Assembly (NCBI RefSeq): GCF_000150275.1
Contig: NW_002060952.1
Span: 704,482 to 768,481, forward strand
Direction of reading: 5' to 3'
DNA length: 64,000 nucleotides
Source of the DNA: Trichoplax adhaerens
Taxonomy: Eukaryota > Animalia > Placozoa
Position numbers and translations under genes: made by a program. This document shows positions 24,101 to 43,575 of the stretch, in pieces. Position 1 is the stretch's first letter. Each line of letters opens with the position of its first letter. The notes under the pieces are model-generated. The model saw only the letters and a program-made list of their open reading frames with translations, did no database searches and was not told the origin of the DNA.

Positions 24101-27100
24101 TATAGATACTAGTGTGAATGTGCTAGCTGACAATACCGGTAAGCTTGCATTGGTTCAAAATTATGGTCATGTCATTTCCGGTGTTTAGATGTCTATATTT
24201 CTATGTCGTAATTCGTTCACGTAATAACTACTGTAAATGCAGACATAACACCGGAAATGAATATCAAAGAATCCAATCCAGCAAAGTCGAAATCTGAAAT
24301 TGGTAAAAAGCGTAAATACGTGGATGGCGATGGATCCACTGCTTCCCCAATGGCATCGTCGTTGGCTATAAATAACGACAAATTTTCAGCGGTTATACAT
24401 GACATTAATTATAGCACCCCTGTCGTCTCGAGCAGGTTATGTCGCCCCGAAGACCTTACTGTTACTGCATCAGATTTAGATCAAATTTTCAATACGGACG
24501 ATGAATCCAATCCCAGTATGGATCAGGTACAACGAAAATTATTATTTAAATTCCAATTACATTTAGCATTATTATCAATTACAATATATTGATGAAATGT
24601 AAATTATGGTATATAGGTAGAAAAGCAATTTTCCGGTGGCGAGTACAATGCAACAGGGATTACTTCTCACTCAAGTCTTTCGAATGATGTTGGCGGCGTA
24701 TCGTCTTCAGTATCATTAGAAGCAATTAACTCGAACTCGTTATTAGCAGATGAGGGATTATTCAGTGGTGAAGGCGGTATAGATGGCAATATTAGCAATG
24801 GAGCTGCTTCTAAGGAAGCTTCTTCTACGAATATAGATGGAAGTGGCAAGGTAAATATTTTTACGATAGTTTATTAAATATTAAGACCTTGCGATATTCT
24901 AAGATATTTTTTACTAATAAACTTCATAGGACATCGACTGCTTAGCGGCTACGCCATATTCCGTTATTGATCGTCTCCCTAGTTCAGCAATGTCCCACAT
25001 AATTTTAAGTAGTAAATTACGTTACATTCCACCTAAAAAGGTAACTATAGATATAGAATATGGAACGCTCCATGATATTTCGCGTGCTTTTATTATGTCT
25101 TACGGTTTTGTTCTGTTTTACTGTTATAGCCTTTACGTGGTAATGGCTATAATACAAGTAATAGCAGGTAATTGCAGTTTGTATTGTATCGTTAGCTTAA
25201 AAGAATTCGCAAAGGTAACTGTTTTCATTACTATTATTATATATAGATCGAATATATCTTACTTCAGTTCAATTACTGAAAAATTCACGAATCCTATAGT
25301 AAACGGACAGATATCGGATTCTATATCGTCTAGCCCCAGTGTTAAGGAACATTCTTATGATATCGTTGAACCAATACTAGCACCAGCGATAGAATCTTCC
25401 GTTTCGTCATTTCCAGAAGGTCATAGCCTCTGCATAAATTTGGTTTTGTCGGATTCCATTATTAATGCACATTTAGACTCGAATAATGAATGGTTGCAGG
25501 ACCTACTTTCTTCAGTTGATTCATGCCGATCAGCCGAGGATGTGCGAGGTCGAAAATATATTAAGCAATTTGAAACGCTTATTTCGGAAGCTGGGTTGTT
25601 CGATGATGATATTACAAGTCTAGTTCGTGATTTTTTTCACGGAACAGTTAATCGTAATTTATCGGAGAAAAAAATTACTGGTAAAAACAAATTAAACAAT
25701 GTTGGATACGTTACAGATATTGTTCTCCATATTTTATGTAATCAATGTATAGATGCTGTATTCGATCAGCGTTTAAGAGCTAACCGACGTTTTGAGCCAA
25801 ACAAGAAAGTCGACAAGAGTTTCAAGAAATTAATTTTTCGTAACGTTCTTCACAACGTTTATCAAAGTGCTATTGCTTATAGCAAATTCGTTTTAGGTAA
25901 AGAAAATTCAGGTGGTGATTTTCCTTCTAGCAATGAAAATAGATGGGAATATATTGAGACGTATGAAGCTAATGGCATTAAACCTTCAACGGTTATTGTT
26001 CTCGATGTACTGCATAAGTTGCATCCAGTACTGAATGATCTATTACACAGGTGTACATCAACTAGTTGGGAAAATATTCCAAGGAGTTCTGTCCAAGGAC
26101 CCTTGACATGGCAACAACTGCATAACAAGTCAAATAATGTAGATAATGAAGAGATTATACTTCGTATACCCAAGATTATGACAGGATATGAACAAGATTG
26201 GCTTGTTGTATCTCCATTTGCTATTCCTCACTGGGAACGATTATCTTTAGAGCCATTTGCTACTCCAAACGATGTTTCTTATGTTGTGGTGGCACCTGAA
26301 AATGACGCTATATACGATCATGTGAAAAGATATTTTAAGGAGCTGAGTTCAGTATATGAAGCTTGTAAATTAGGAACCCATCAGCCTATCACAAATATTA
26401 ACAAAGATGGAGTTATTCGAGTAGGCCGTAACCGAGCTGAAAGACTACAAAGGGACGATCCTCCTGAATGGTTTCATAAACTAGACCCTTGTCCTGAAGT
26501 TTCTTTATTAAAGTTATACATCCAATTTTGCAAACAGCCGTTATTGTATACTTTACGACAACTAGACGACAGCCCTGTCAAATCTCATATCGGAAAGCCG
26601 TTTGTTGCGTCATCAGTTGATAAAACAACCGACAGTTCTAACGGGACTGGTATCGCAACCGCATTATCTGAAACAAAGAAAAGGAATACCCTACCATGTG
26701 TAGTTGTTTACATGGTAGATCCTTTTAATTTTACCTGTGACTCTTTGGGAGATGCACAAACGAAACTTAAATTGATTAATGGAAATTCTATTTCGTCAGC
26801 ATCGCTGCTTATTAAATGTTTTGAAGAAGTTACGGCATTGCTACCCGCAGCAATGAAGAGACACATAGTTTTACATGTATGTATCATTTAACTCATTATG
26901 TAGAATACTATAAATGATACGTGGATATGTTTTTGTATCGCTGGCTATATCACCGTTTCAATAATTTCTTTTTTCTCCGTAGATTGTACCATGTGGTAAT
27001 GTGCAGCATCTACTTAGTAGTGCACCTCCAGCTCGGCCTAATTTATCAAATTTAAGTCTCCTGAAAGCTGTTGCATTCTCAGTGTATGTAAAGTGTAAAA

Positions 27101-29174
27101 GGTATACAAAACTAGCTGTTGACGCAAAGTCATTAACCGGCTTTGGAATGGCTGCAGTTAGAGCGCAATTGCTGGGCAACGAAAAGGTAATCAGCTACAT
27201 AAAATACGGTAAAGCAATACTTGCTATAGCGATTTATTAAAGGGAAGGTGGTCCTTGATATACCGACGAAATTATTGATGAAGAGCTAAAGGCAAATTTA
27301 TTTGAATTGTTTTACAGGTAGTAGACAGTTATTCTAGAATCCATACACCTCTTTATGTGATAGCACCATCGCAACACGTAAACCATTATGATCTTTCTGG
27401 TGTTACTGAAAATATGATTGCTCCTCGCGGGCAAAGAGCGGGAGTCATGTTCTGTGCTTATCATTTGTCAGAAAATCGCGAATGGCTTTTATGCGTATGC
27501 TCAGATATTAACGGAGAAATGATGGAACCTGGCATATTTCATATGAAATCTATTAAGTGAGTAGTAATGAAATTCTCTTCAATTAAATTGTATTTTTACG
27601 GAATACATTGTAATTGTAGTATAATTTTTGTCTTGTTGAATATGCAAGACCGTAAAATTATTATACCTTAATATGGATTGCATATTTGTAGAAGGTCTGA
27701 TCGTGTATCGCTGTAATTGTAACTTGGCGTTGATAATCTTTCTAACTTAGTGAGTAGGTTTCTGTTACTGTATTAATATGTAATAAGAAATGCTGCATGC
27801 TTTGAAATGTAGGCAAGATATTGATAATAAAGAACAAACCTGTATAAGGTCCGTTGCTTTAAAGAAGTTATTAGGATTTTGCGTAAGTTTAATGTCGAAA
27901 ACGATTCTACAGTGGCGTCTGGTGATAATAAGATTTGGAAAAGTGGGTCCCGGCGAATTGAAAGGTAATTCGCGTATTACTACATTTGGAAATTGCCTGT
28001 TTATTGATCATAATTGTTTTTACATTTTCAGATTGGCAGTATTTATCATCGAATGAAAATTTACGATCGTTCGTGTCTGATAAACTAAGTAAAGAATGTA
28101 AACTTTGCTCTATCGGTCCTAATCCGAGTTTGGTTGGAATTAGTATTATAACTATAGAGCCAGAGTCTACTCTTCGATTAATCTCTAGTGGACAGTGTGA
28201 GTTTATAATTTTGTTATATTTTATGCTAATATTTAAGTTTATTATTGTTAATGTTGCCTTTATTACATAAACAGCGTGGGGCACATCAAATGACGAACAG
28301 GCTGCAAAATGCTCAAGCATTGTGGTTACTTCTTCTCGTACCGATACACCTGTTTTCTCTCCTACATCGAAAGCTCATTCATCATCTGCTACATTTAATA
28401 ATTATAATGGTAGTTCCATAATTGATAACACAAGTTCAACATCCAATATGTTTCCTAACGATGATACCGGCTTAAGCGATCACGACAATCTTAATGATTG
28501 GTTACATAATTTGGAGCCATCCTTCTCTCCTACGCCTGGTGATACTCTTAACTCATCCATGGATACAACTTCTGTAAAACAGAATATAGATAAATCACAG
28601 CAAGATTCTTATCGGGACCAAAGGTTATCTGTTGATAAAGCTAGGGAAACGGCTATGTCTCATCATCCGTTGGCAATAGGTTATTTATTTTCAGAAGTTC
28701 CAACTGGTATTTTTTTCAAATCGTTTTGGATGAATTCAGATCAGAACGGTTATTCTTCTCCGGTTTTATTGAAGGTAGCAACTACTTTACTATATGTATC
28801 TTTAAAATCACTATGCATTCGAATTTTGGCCTCATCTAACAATTGTAATTGATCTCTGTTCGTTTACAATAAGGTACTTTTAACTGGACATACTATTATC
28901 AATCCGGATAACTCGTCAGTTGAAGACTGCCCGCATGCCTTGGATTCTACGCAAGCATGTGACGTTTTAAGGTTTGTCGTTTCAGGTGGATAATTTATTT
29001 TCGCTTTAATCTAACTTTTTTTTCTTATTCAATTACTGATTTAGGTATATCATGGAACGCCTTGATGCGCAGTCATGGCTAACTATTAATTCTATATCAC
29101 ATCAAAGAAGATCGTGCCTTCCATATTACTTGCTAGGATTGCAGAAACTAGATCAATTAATTTCTCGCTTTTAA
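18142..29174 (+). CDS. MED13: Mediator kinase-module subunit MED13, multi-exon (first exons 18142-18216, 20092-20419, 21270-21354, 21433-21516, 22165-22316, 22446-22717; large exon 25247-26876; last exon ends at TAA 29172-29174)
   Basis: Conserved MED13 blocks: SNVYQL|ADVKGLKWRRY, DPILVSY, KELWLFWFGDDP, YRCRILLFKAIHNSIER, FVRYGRWFVEP, FSFFLFGKSTVCTSVEI, LSPFGLKGTLTG, SDLDQIF, HSLCINLVLSDSIIN, QGPLTWQQLH, SPFAIPHWERLSLEPF, VVYMVDPF, KSLTGFG, HPLAIGYLFS and SWLTIN..RRSCLP. Boundaries in the low-complexity middle exons are less certain. Confidence 0.93.
18502..19118. repeat. Tandem repeat, ~180-bp unit x ~3.4, in MED13 intron 1
   Basis: Unit gagacgcagtggt..gagtccccatacattcttttcgtc..aaatcaactatgccatcatccattttgcccttccatttcaagaaggaaatggaaaagttacaacg.. 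starts near 18502, 18684, 18877 and 19049. It has embedded (TA)n and (GA)n tracts. Confidence 0.95.
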
Positions 29175-31415
29175 GGCGTATCATGAATGCAAATTTTATT
29201 GTCGTTACCATTCATATTCGAAATGATTATAGGTCTAACAGCAGCTTTTCCATATACTATAGATGTAATTTAGTTATTTAATAGTCTATTATTTTCCAAT
29301 TCTTTCTCACCGCCATTTTGTGTCTAGTATATTCTAGCAATAATTAATGTAATGTTAGTTATATTGATTTATGAAGATCACTTGAGTGAAGATGTTAGTA
29401 CATCCATTTACCAGATTTATCTCGCGATCTGGTTTGCCAATTGTATACCATCGATGTACAGATATGCACATGTAATTTGTCGGACTGTGTAACGATAGGT
29501 ACTCGTTAAAGTGCAAGAGTTAAGGTCTTGGCCTATTTTTCTGCCGTTAGTAACCATATGTAATCGAATTAACTGCGGTTATAACTTAAATTTAAGTTGC
29601 CGTAGCTTAATATTTAACGTGCAGTACTGTACAATACGTATGTATGATAAGTTTGTTGTCTCACTGAGCAGCGGTGGATGATAATTCCATTGACTCTATG
29701 GCACTCAGTTATATAACATATTAATAACGGTATTTCAGTTTTTTGTATGAATTATTGAACGTTGAGCTTCTACTGTAAATAATTATTTCTGCGCTTAACT
29801 TTATTTGTTTATATGACTTATGGCCTACATCGAATGTAATTCTGCATATTATAAATCGTTGGACATCTGTATATCTCTGTAACATCAATAAAATTAAAGA
29901 GTTGTAACACAACATCAAATGAACTATTAGAAATGTTATTGTAGTATCCTTGTCCCAAAATTACGATTATATCATTGGAATTTTCTGGAAGCTTTGAACT
30001 GAAATACGTACTGCAATATTTTCTTTGGTATAAATATCGGAGACATGATACCCAGATAATTTGCTTTAGTATTCCAAATTAGAAAATACGCGTATAGTAT
30101 ATTAAGGACAATATATACACGGACAGCCCAAAATCATACTATAGAACAAACACTAGGGTAGACAAGCACCCTGTAGAACTTAGCTTGAGTCTTTAATCAT
30201 AGTATGCTTTGGGTAAACTATATTTATAAGGAAGAGAAAAATATTTTTAACTTATTCAATACATAATACAGTATGTGCGTAGATTTAATATGTTCATTAA
30301 TCATAGGGCTAAAGAAGTAATTCTAGGTGGCTGAAAATGTGTCACTATGGTATATTCGAATGTGTGCATAAAATTGTGCGCAGCTAGTATTTGTAAAGCT
30401 TTATAGAATGTGTAACCTTCAACAGCTTATTTTTAAGCTGTTATAAAGACAAGTCTAGCGTAATTAATAGCTACAAGAGCCATAATGGCTATATATAGGG
30501 CATCGCAACATTGCCACCTTCAAATATTGGGAGAATACGTAGTATAAAAGCAGACGCGCAGGATTGCAGTTTGTAGTTGCAAGCAGTGATAGTGGTTATT
30601 AGGTTTCACGGTATTGCCGCCTTTATAAGTTGAGAGAAAGCTTAATGTAAACGGATATACAGTACCAAGCATAAAGCTGCAAACAGCCGTAGTAATTTCA
30701 ACTGTGATATATTAAAGGTAATTATCCTGTAACCTTTAACTAAGGTATAAGGGGTTTCCAATGCAAAAAGACTAGCTAATTACGTATTTTATAACAGATG
30801 TCTAAAATGAATTGAACGATGGAATGGAAAACTATAAACCTTCTCGCAAAAGGAGTAGAATTAACTTGAACATGCGGGAATGGTACTATAGCTGTCAATT
30901 TTAGTGTGTAAATTTTATAGAATAAAGTTCAGTCGTTTTTAATTTTTTTGATTTTAGTGTAAGTATAAGGCTATCAAGCTGTTAAAGAAGAACATCTTAC
31001 GCTAGATTTTGTAAATTTACCATGACGCATAATGATTTTGCTGGTTTTATTTAAATCGTTTAGTGAATATACGAAAATAAAAAAAACTATATTGAGTAAG
31101 CTTTCTAGATGGCTGACTAGCTACCATAAAAAAGTCACTATTCCAACTATCGAATTCAAATCATAATAGACAGCGCTATGACCCAATCAAACGAAATAGC
31201 ACATATACAAAGATACACACATCGCTTGTAATTCTAATTTAACATACTAATATCCACTTTTGAAGTTTGTTACTTGATTACCGGCATTTTTAGTTTAGTA
31301 GAAGTACTATATTAATTGCTAACACACACAAAATTAATTGAACTAACAAAAATAGGGCTGTCGACTTGATTTTCATACTACTGCTATAAAATACATTGGT
31401 ATCTAAAATGAGAAA

Positions 31416-35879
<4,464 letters not shown>

Positions 35880-38800
35880 GTTTTGAATATTGCGCTAGTT
35901 GTTGCGATATCTATTAAGAGAGAATTTAGAGGACAGATTAATTTTGAGCCTTGTTTAAAGCTTTAGCAAGACTGTAGTTATCTTATTAGAAGTAATCGGA
36001 AGAATCCTGATGGACAAAATAATGAATACGATTCGCTGAACAGGAATAAAATAAAAAAGCTATAAATGGCCAGGACACGATTAGACCCTGTCATTCAGTC
36101 ACCTTTCCAATTGAGTTCTATTCCTTTCAGTTATAAAATATTACATCAATTTAAATCTACAAATCTACTATTGTCGTTTACTACTAGTAGTAACTTGAGA
36201 CTTTAATGATATATCTTATTATTTCCTCATCACTTGGATACTTGGTCGATAAGGCTGAAAGCTCGATATAGCACGGTTGTTTCTATTAAAATTTTTGATT
36301 GAGAAAATGGCGAAGTATGCCATGAAAGGCAATTGATGTTTTTAATTTCGACATTGCCCTGCGTAAACATAAATACGAATCACTGTTCTAAGGTTGCAAG
36401 ATTGGTTGCTACTGGTACAATATTATGAAAACGTGATATTTTTTCCTCGATCTTCGAACAAAATCAAAAGATATAAGAGACACAGCAATCATTGCACTAT
36501 GCTATTCTTGCGATTACTAAGAACAAGACCCGCAGTACCTTACCCAAATGCTCTACCAGTTGTATTGGAAGTAAATTCCTATTTACCTAATGAATAAATG
36601 AAAATGTTTCCCGTACGAAAACGAGAAATTTGATAGTTTCAGCTAGCGTGATCAATGAAACTGTTGACTAAACTGCTTCAAATAATAACTTTGGTCTACT
36701 AGTACTACAGTGCGATGGAGTAACAGTTTATGTTAGAAAATTTCTCCATAAGAGAGGCACTATCCAATGTACTCGTGTGATCAAATTACACGGTAATAAT
36801 ATGGCAGGTTTCATTAGCCTTGATTTTCCGGCAATACATTAGTGCTGTTGTTTGCTATGGTTAATGCTAGAATGATTTTTCTTACGAGAAGATCAATTGC
36901 ACGAGCTCATGACGGTAAAGCCATTCCATGAACTGAAGTACTAAGCGGTGTGAAGGAGTAAAAGACTTTTTATAGAATCAAATTATTCAGCGGCTATATT
37001 GCTCGCTGCCTGCAAACATGTCTGAAGGAGTGTTTTCATTTTTAAGCTTTTTTTTGTTAATTTATTGCTGTATAGTTGTTTAAATTACAGTTAAGGCTTG
37101 TTTTATGGATGACACAGATAATATTCATTCATCAAGTCACGGTTTTTTTATGCTATACGCGTTTTATAGCTTATCCTACATTGTTTCTCCGATAGTAGCT
37201 TATAGTTACATCGATACACGAGGAACAGCGTTTGCAATTTTTTGGGGCGTAATCATCGTCGTTATTACCACTAGATTAGCTATCAGGAGTGAACACGATT
37301 AAAGTGATGCAAAATAATGCTGTGACAGAAGCCGGCTGAAGAAAGGTTATTTCGAAAAGCCCACCTAACGATTGCTTATTGTGATCAATTGTAAGGTGGT
37401 ATACTGTACATTGAGAATTAATAGAATTATAATGATCATTACAATTAATTAATGGCCTGTAATTTCCTGTTCTAATCTACTGTGAAATTTATGTTCTAGC
37501 TTAGGTTGGATGCCTTCTCACTTTTTGTGATGCATGTCCTACGTTGATGGTGATTTTATTAAATTACTGTTATGAAAGCGCTATCTTAGCGTAGCAAAGT
37601 CGACTCAGATATTGAACAAAGTTGCATGTAATAAAATCAAATGTAGCTATCACGGCTACATATATACCCTAATTTATCTGCTTGTTTAGAAGTTGGCAGT
37701 TTGCTACTTCTTTTTAACGGCTAGTTAGAACGGATCATTTTCAGACAATTGACATACCAAGAACGATTACGTTAATTACTCCCAAGTTTTCTGCATCGAG
37801 TGCGGCACCGACTAATTTAGCGTGAAAGTAAATTGATTTGCAATTTTTCTCCATGACTACTGCGAGCTTTCAACCGTTAGTCAAATAGCTGGAAATAGTC
37901 ATATAGGATTTAGCATAAAACTTGCTGCTAATAGTAAGTGAATTCTATTTTCTCCATGAAGTAATATAAAGGATTTCAAATTGAGAGTATAGAACTGTAA
38001 ACTGAATCTCGAAAACTCTTTCCACAACTACGGCGGAGGCTATCCTAGCACCTTTTTTTTATCCGTCTATAGGGCTGCAGAGCATGACCGTTGATATGCA
38101 AACAAGTGATTTCTCTCGCATCGATTACCATGCTACGAATAAACTTTCTCCTCTATCTAAAAATGATTCCATTTCACTAAGAGTATGAGAATGATAGTTT
38201 TTAAAAATTGAGTTAGCGTTCTTTGCGCATTGCGTTCCGCTTGCAGTTTATCTGCCTACTTTATTTATTCCCCAACGAATTCATGTTAATAGATGCAATA
38301 TTCTGGTTTTGTTCCAGTAGTCGTGGAAGGGAAATGAGTGAAAAAAAAAGGCGGTACTCGAATAAGATTTTCTTTTCACTAATGAATCATAACGAGTTAC
38401 GACAGCTACGGAAACATAAGTAAAAATAATTTCTAGTTCATCATGTTGGATGGAGTAACTACTCCAAGGTGATAAAAAGTTGTCGATAGTGTAAAAGAAA
38501 AGTTTTCCATTTGCCTTGATCAAGTCGACACGCCATGGTTATAGTGCATCATCGTGCGACACTGTACTTGGTACAAAGAACGCTCTACGCTAGCAAAAGC
38601 TCTTCTAGCTTGGTTGCAGCGGAAGAATTGACTGTTTTATTTTTTAACTTTCAATCGATAAGCAGAGCAAGCTAAAAACTATCAGTATTGCATGCAACTA
38701 ATTAACAACAAGTAGAAATTTTCAAGTGCATAATCAGTTATCTTACCTCAGGAAAAGCAGACCTATATTCCAACAACTTGGCTCAGTTTTCACGTTGAAG

Positions 38801-41507
38801 GTTAAACTCTACTCACGTAATCAAACGATTAGAATTGGGGTAATACTATCAAGGTGAAAAAAACCCTACCGTCAGTAATCATATTCAGTTGATTTTTCCG
38901 ATGCTAATTTGTTGATGACGAAAATTTGATAGACGCCAATAGAATTCAAGGCTGAAGAATAACATTGTTATATTACTACTTTGATTGGCAGATACTATAA
39001 TAGTATAGGCAACATTGCCATAATTCTTTAACAGTATAATTGTTTTTATCTAGATAATAAACTATCATCATCAAGCATATTAATTAATTTACTCAATGCT
39101 AATTCCGATTGGCTTGATTATACCTACATTGATAGTTAATATTTACCGTAACTCAGCATTTTGAATTAATTACTAATATAGCGTCTATTGTATAGTATGA
39201 TCATATTCAAGTATGAAATTGACTCTAAATTATTGTCTATTTAAGTTATGACTATAGGTAGGCCATCATAGTTTATAAATCGAGTATGATCCCAGTGATT
39301 TATAATTGTATTAGTATTCCAACTAATCTTACCTTAATGCCAGTATAGTATATTATTCCTTAATTATCTTTATTATCTGTATGCAAAAGTAGAACTACCG
39401 TCTAACAAAATAATATTTGCATTGGTTTCTTACCAATAGATAGCATGTGGTTAAATAATCGAACTATTAAGAAAGAGTTGGTTAGATGATTTTGGAACGG
39501 GCCTGTAATATTGTAAACATAGAATTAAGCAATGGTTAGTAAGTAAACCCTAACATGATGTGTTCAAATAGACGAACGCGAGAGTAACGGAATTGGAATA
39601 AAGAGCGTGTTAAATTGCAGCCTGAGGAAATGTCAAACTGCTTGAGACTTATATCACGATACACATTCTTTATTAAGTTAATCTTAACAGAAAGTAGGAT
39701 TGATTAATAGAATGGCAATGGAGCTGGTTAACAGCAATATACGCGTATACTGTATATATCTCTCTCTATATATGTAATTCATAACTGAACATGGATACTA
39801 AATGAGTTATTTCCGCATACGACATTGCAGCTATCAGCGTATTGATAACGTGATAATCGATTTTCTTTCTACCCGGTGATTAAACGATGTCTACTACTGG
39901 TATCCGACAAAGTGAGCACTATTTCACGATGTTAGCCACGTTTTAGGGTGCTTCGTTTCCGATTGATAAGTTGATTCCAAGGAGCTGAATTGAAACAATT
40001 TATCATTGGTCATGAAGTTGCGGATAATCTGGAACATATACTTTCTTAAGAGGAATGGACGACATTTTACAACAAATATTATATTTCGTCTTCGATATAT
40101 TCTCCAGTAGTGAAATAATGCCTCAATCATGAGTACAATCGTCTCAAGCTTTCTTCCTAATCTATTCTCCTGAGCTCAGTAGAGGTACAACTTAAATTAA
40201 TTAGTATGTATAGCACTCTTCAAGTATACAGTATTTGGTAGTGTATTTAACATGCTGTTGCAGTAAAGTTAATTCTCATTACATTCTACTATAGCTCATA
40301 TTAGTAATTCCAATACTAAATAAGAATTTAACTTCACTCTAAGCACGGCACTACAACTGTATACGAGTGTTGGTTCTTTCTCTACTCATATACTTGCACT
40401 AGTCTTGATGATATACTACAATTCAACGCAGCGCCTGCAATCACGAAATCACTCGTAATATTGGCAATCAGAAATTATATAATAATAAGAGTCATAACTT
40501 ATGATATACTGTATCAAGAGTGTATCATTAATATTCACGTTACTCTATTGTCGCTATTTCACGTTTTACAGCAATTCAATTTTAGTTTACTATTGCTTTC
40601 GGTACCCATAGTAGACACATAGTTACAAATTGTGCCTGGAATTTGAGTACGGCATTGCATCGATTCTGTATTGTGAGATTAGCAGCATGATGTTGATAAT
40701 TATTTGTCAATTTATTCTAGGTGTTGATAGATACATGGGCCACTGGATGCTACACCTTGATAAATGCTATCTTTGACCTGAGTAAAATTGTAGGATAGCT
40801 CATATTGATTAAGGATCGCTCCTATTTGCAAGCAGAATATCACTACCATGGTAAACTTCAGTTAGTCCTGCCCGATTCGCAAAGACAGTTTAAACAGCTC
40901 CTGAAAGTAGGTAGCAAATGATGCAATACAGTAGTTCAGGTTCAAGTTACTCTAGTCGCCATTCATAAGGCTAAACTAAACGCCATAGGTAATGCAACAG
41001 GCTATTAAAAGGCATGATATCCACTTGTCATGGAATCTATGGTAGTTAACATCATACTGCTATTAATAATGTAATGAACAATCGATAGGAGTGCAGCGTT
41101 ATGGTCGAGTTCCGAATTTGCTCGATACAATGCATTGGTGTTAGACAACTTGATCACAGTATCGCATTGTACGGGTATATTATTCGATGGATGGATATAA
41201 ATGAATTCTAAATTTGAACCTAGTTGTTTTACACTTTAAAATGATTTAAATAGATTGGCTTAACGCTGCATAAAAATAATGAATTTTGAAGTATCGTAAG
41301 TCTTTCGATACGATCTTCAAAATCATAGACTCTTATCCATTAGGATTCGTATTTAGTATACGATTAGTAATAGTGGCATTCAGTTCTAATAGATGATTAT
41401 GAATACGACTATAACTTGATTTGTATAAAACCTATGCAATAATAATTCTGTTTATATGTTTATGATTAAACTACTTATTGCTGCTTACATTGTCATAAAA
41501 AAGAGAT

Positions 41508-41848
41508 ACTGTTGCTGCAGTGTATTCAATCGAACATTAAACTGCATAAAAAATTTGGTGATTCAAGCCCCTGTTGCTGATGAGAGCTGTAGGCAGGCTA
41601 CCGTAAAAAACTAGAAACTTGACTATTGCTACTGTGTATTCAATCGAAGATTAAACTACATGAAAAATGTGATGATTCAAGCCCCTCTTGCTGATGAGAG
41701 CTGCAAGCAGGCTGCCGTAAAAAACTATAAACTTGACTGTTGCTGCAGTGTATTCAATCGAAGATTAAACTGCATAAAAAAATGTGATTCAAGCCTCTCT
41801 TGCTGATGAAAGCTGCAAGCAGTCTGCCGTAAAAAACTAGAAACTTGA
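41508..41848. repeat. Tandem repeat, 114-bp unit x3, intergenic
   Basis: actgttgctgcagtgtattcaatcgaa..ttaaactgcat..tgattcaagccc..ttgctgatgagagctg..gcaggct.ccgtaaaaaactagaaacttg starts at 41508, 41622 and 41736. Confidence 0.95.
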
Positions 41849-43575
41849 TAAACCAAGTTAAAAAGGCAATACAAAATTTCTATTAGGGTCCCAGTATATG
41901 AAATTCAATTTAATATTCAAGCAGAGGGTAGAGGCTGTTAATTTCGATTTCATGGATAGCCTACCGTCTAAATGTAGAGTATAGAAGGGATCAGATGCGT
42001 TTCCAATTCAACATTAGTCGAGCAAAAGAACTGTCCAAAGTGACTACTGTACTGAATATTAATTAGTATACTATTACCGTGCAATAGTTGCAAATTACAT
42101 TTAAGCACTACCACATAGAGATCGTCAAATTATAAATTCAACTTTAGTGCTATCCATATGGACTATATACTTATGCTATTAATGCATAACAGCATACATA
42201 TATGGTATAGTAGATGGTTCGCCGCGAGAAATGAGCACTTTTAATACATCACTCAGTCAGGATATTGTGTAGCTGGAACGAAAGGCTTTTAGTTTAATTT
42301 AAATTTGGACGATGAATGCTATACTGTACATTTAATGGACAATAATTACAATATAAAGACGTCATTATTCAGAGTTGTTGTCATGGATTCTACTGGACAG
42401 TAGAACTATAATATAATATAGTAGTGTATATGGATGTTTGCACAGTAATTCTTCACGATTGTCAGCGGCGTGTCTTGCTGATTACAAGACTACTGTAAGC
42501 ATTGATGACTATCGCCGATATTAAAATGATCGATTGGTCATTTTCGTAATTCTTTACATTATTGGCATGAATTTGTCTTTGGACAATATTAATCTCTTTC
42601 AATAGTGTAAAAGCCGCAAAAGAATTACATCGACAATCAATTTAAGCGCATTATATTGAAGTTTGCTGACGTACAGGAAGTACAAGACACAATAAGTAGT
42701 AGACAAAGTTCTAAGAATGAAAATATGTCAAATTTATGAGAAATTAAGTCATATTGTAGATTAAGGATGTCTACATGGAAGTATATTATATCAATTGATA
42801 ATTCATTCATAGATTAATGAAGAAAATTAGGCATATCAAGGATCATTCTATCTTGTACTGTAGGATGTCAGCTCTGATTTATAGCATACTTTGCAACAGT
42901 TGCTGAATTAATGTTATTTTATTGTAACAATTTACCAACGTTAACAAGTATAGCACTGGATAAATTCATAGAATACGAACTGAAAGAGGAATACAAGATA
43001 CAGAGCCATTTGGTGAAATGAGAAAGTTTAACGAGATACGATGGCATCTGCAATAATATAATGAGATTGGATCTTAACGTATATTATTCAACAGAAGAGG
43101 CTACTTTGGTTTTAATTATCCTGTTTGAATTGCGATACTGTACTAATGATTCAATGATGAGAAACAATAGGTTAGAGCAAATTCCATGAAGACTATTGGA
43201 ATAATAAATCAAAGAAAGATCTGCTAATATGCATTAAAGATGTTAAATCGATACGAATTCAAATAAATATTATTATGACAATGATTCGCATCTCCTACAT
43301 GATCAACCGAAATAATCGTTCAATATCGACTGATTTACTCGAACTTCAGTAGCAAGTGCACACTGTAACATACGAGTATGTATCGCTACAAATGATGCTA
43401 GTGGGCAGATAATTCATTAACGGTAATGCTGCCTTTCACTTGTATTGCTTAACTAGATTGGTCTAAAAACTTGTCAACGTTGACTACGATAGCTAGATGA
43501 TAACACAATACTGTTTTTTTAATCAATTTTACAGTTACCAATATGAATTAAGGGGTGATATTGGGTTAGCCGTAC

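Noticed and set aside
24990-25246. Hydrophobic N-terminus of the 633-aa ORF as a membrane segment of MED13
   Set aside because: Better explained as two stop-free introns (25041-25129, 25168-25246) around a 38-nt exon (25130-25167) read in another frame; the phases match.
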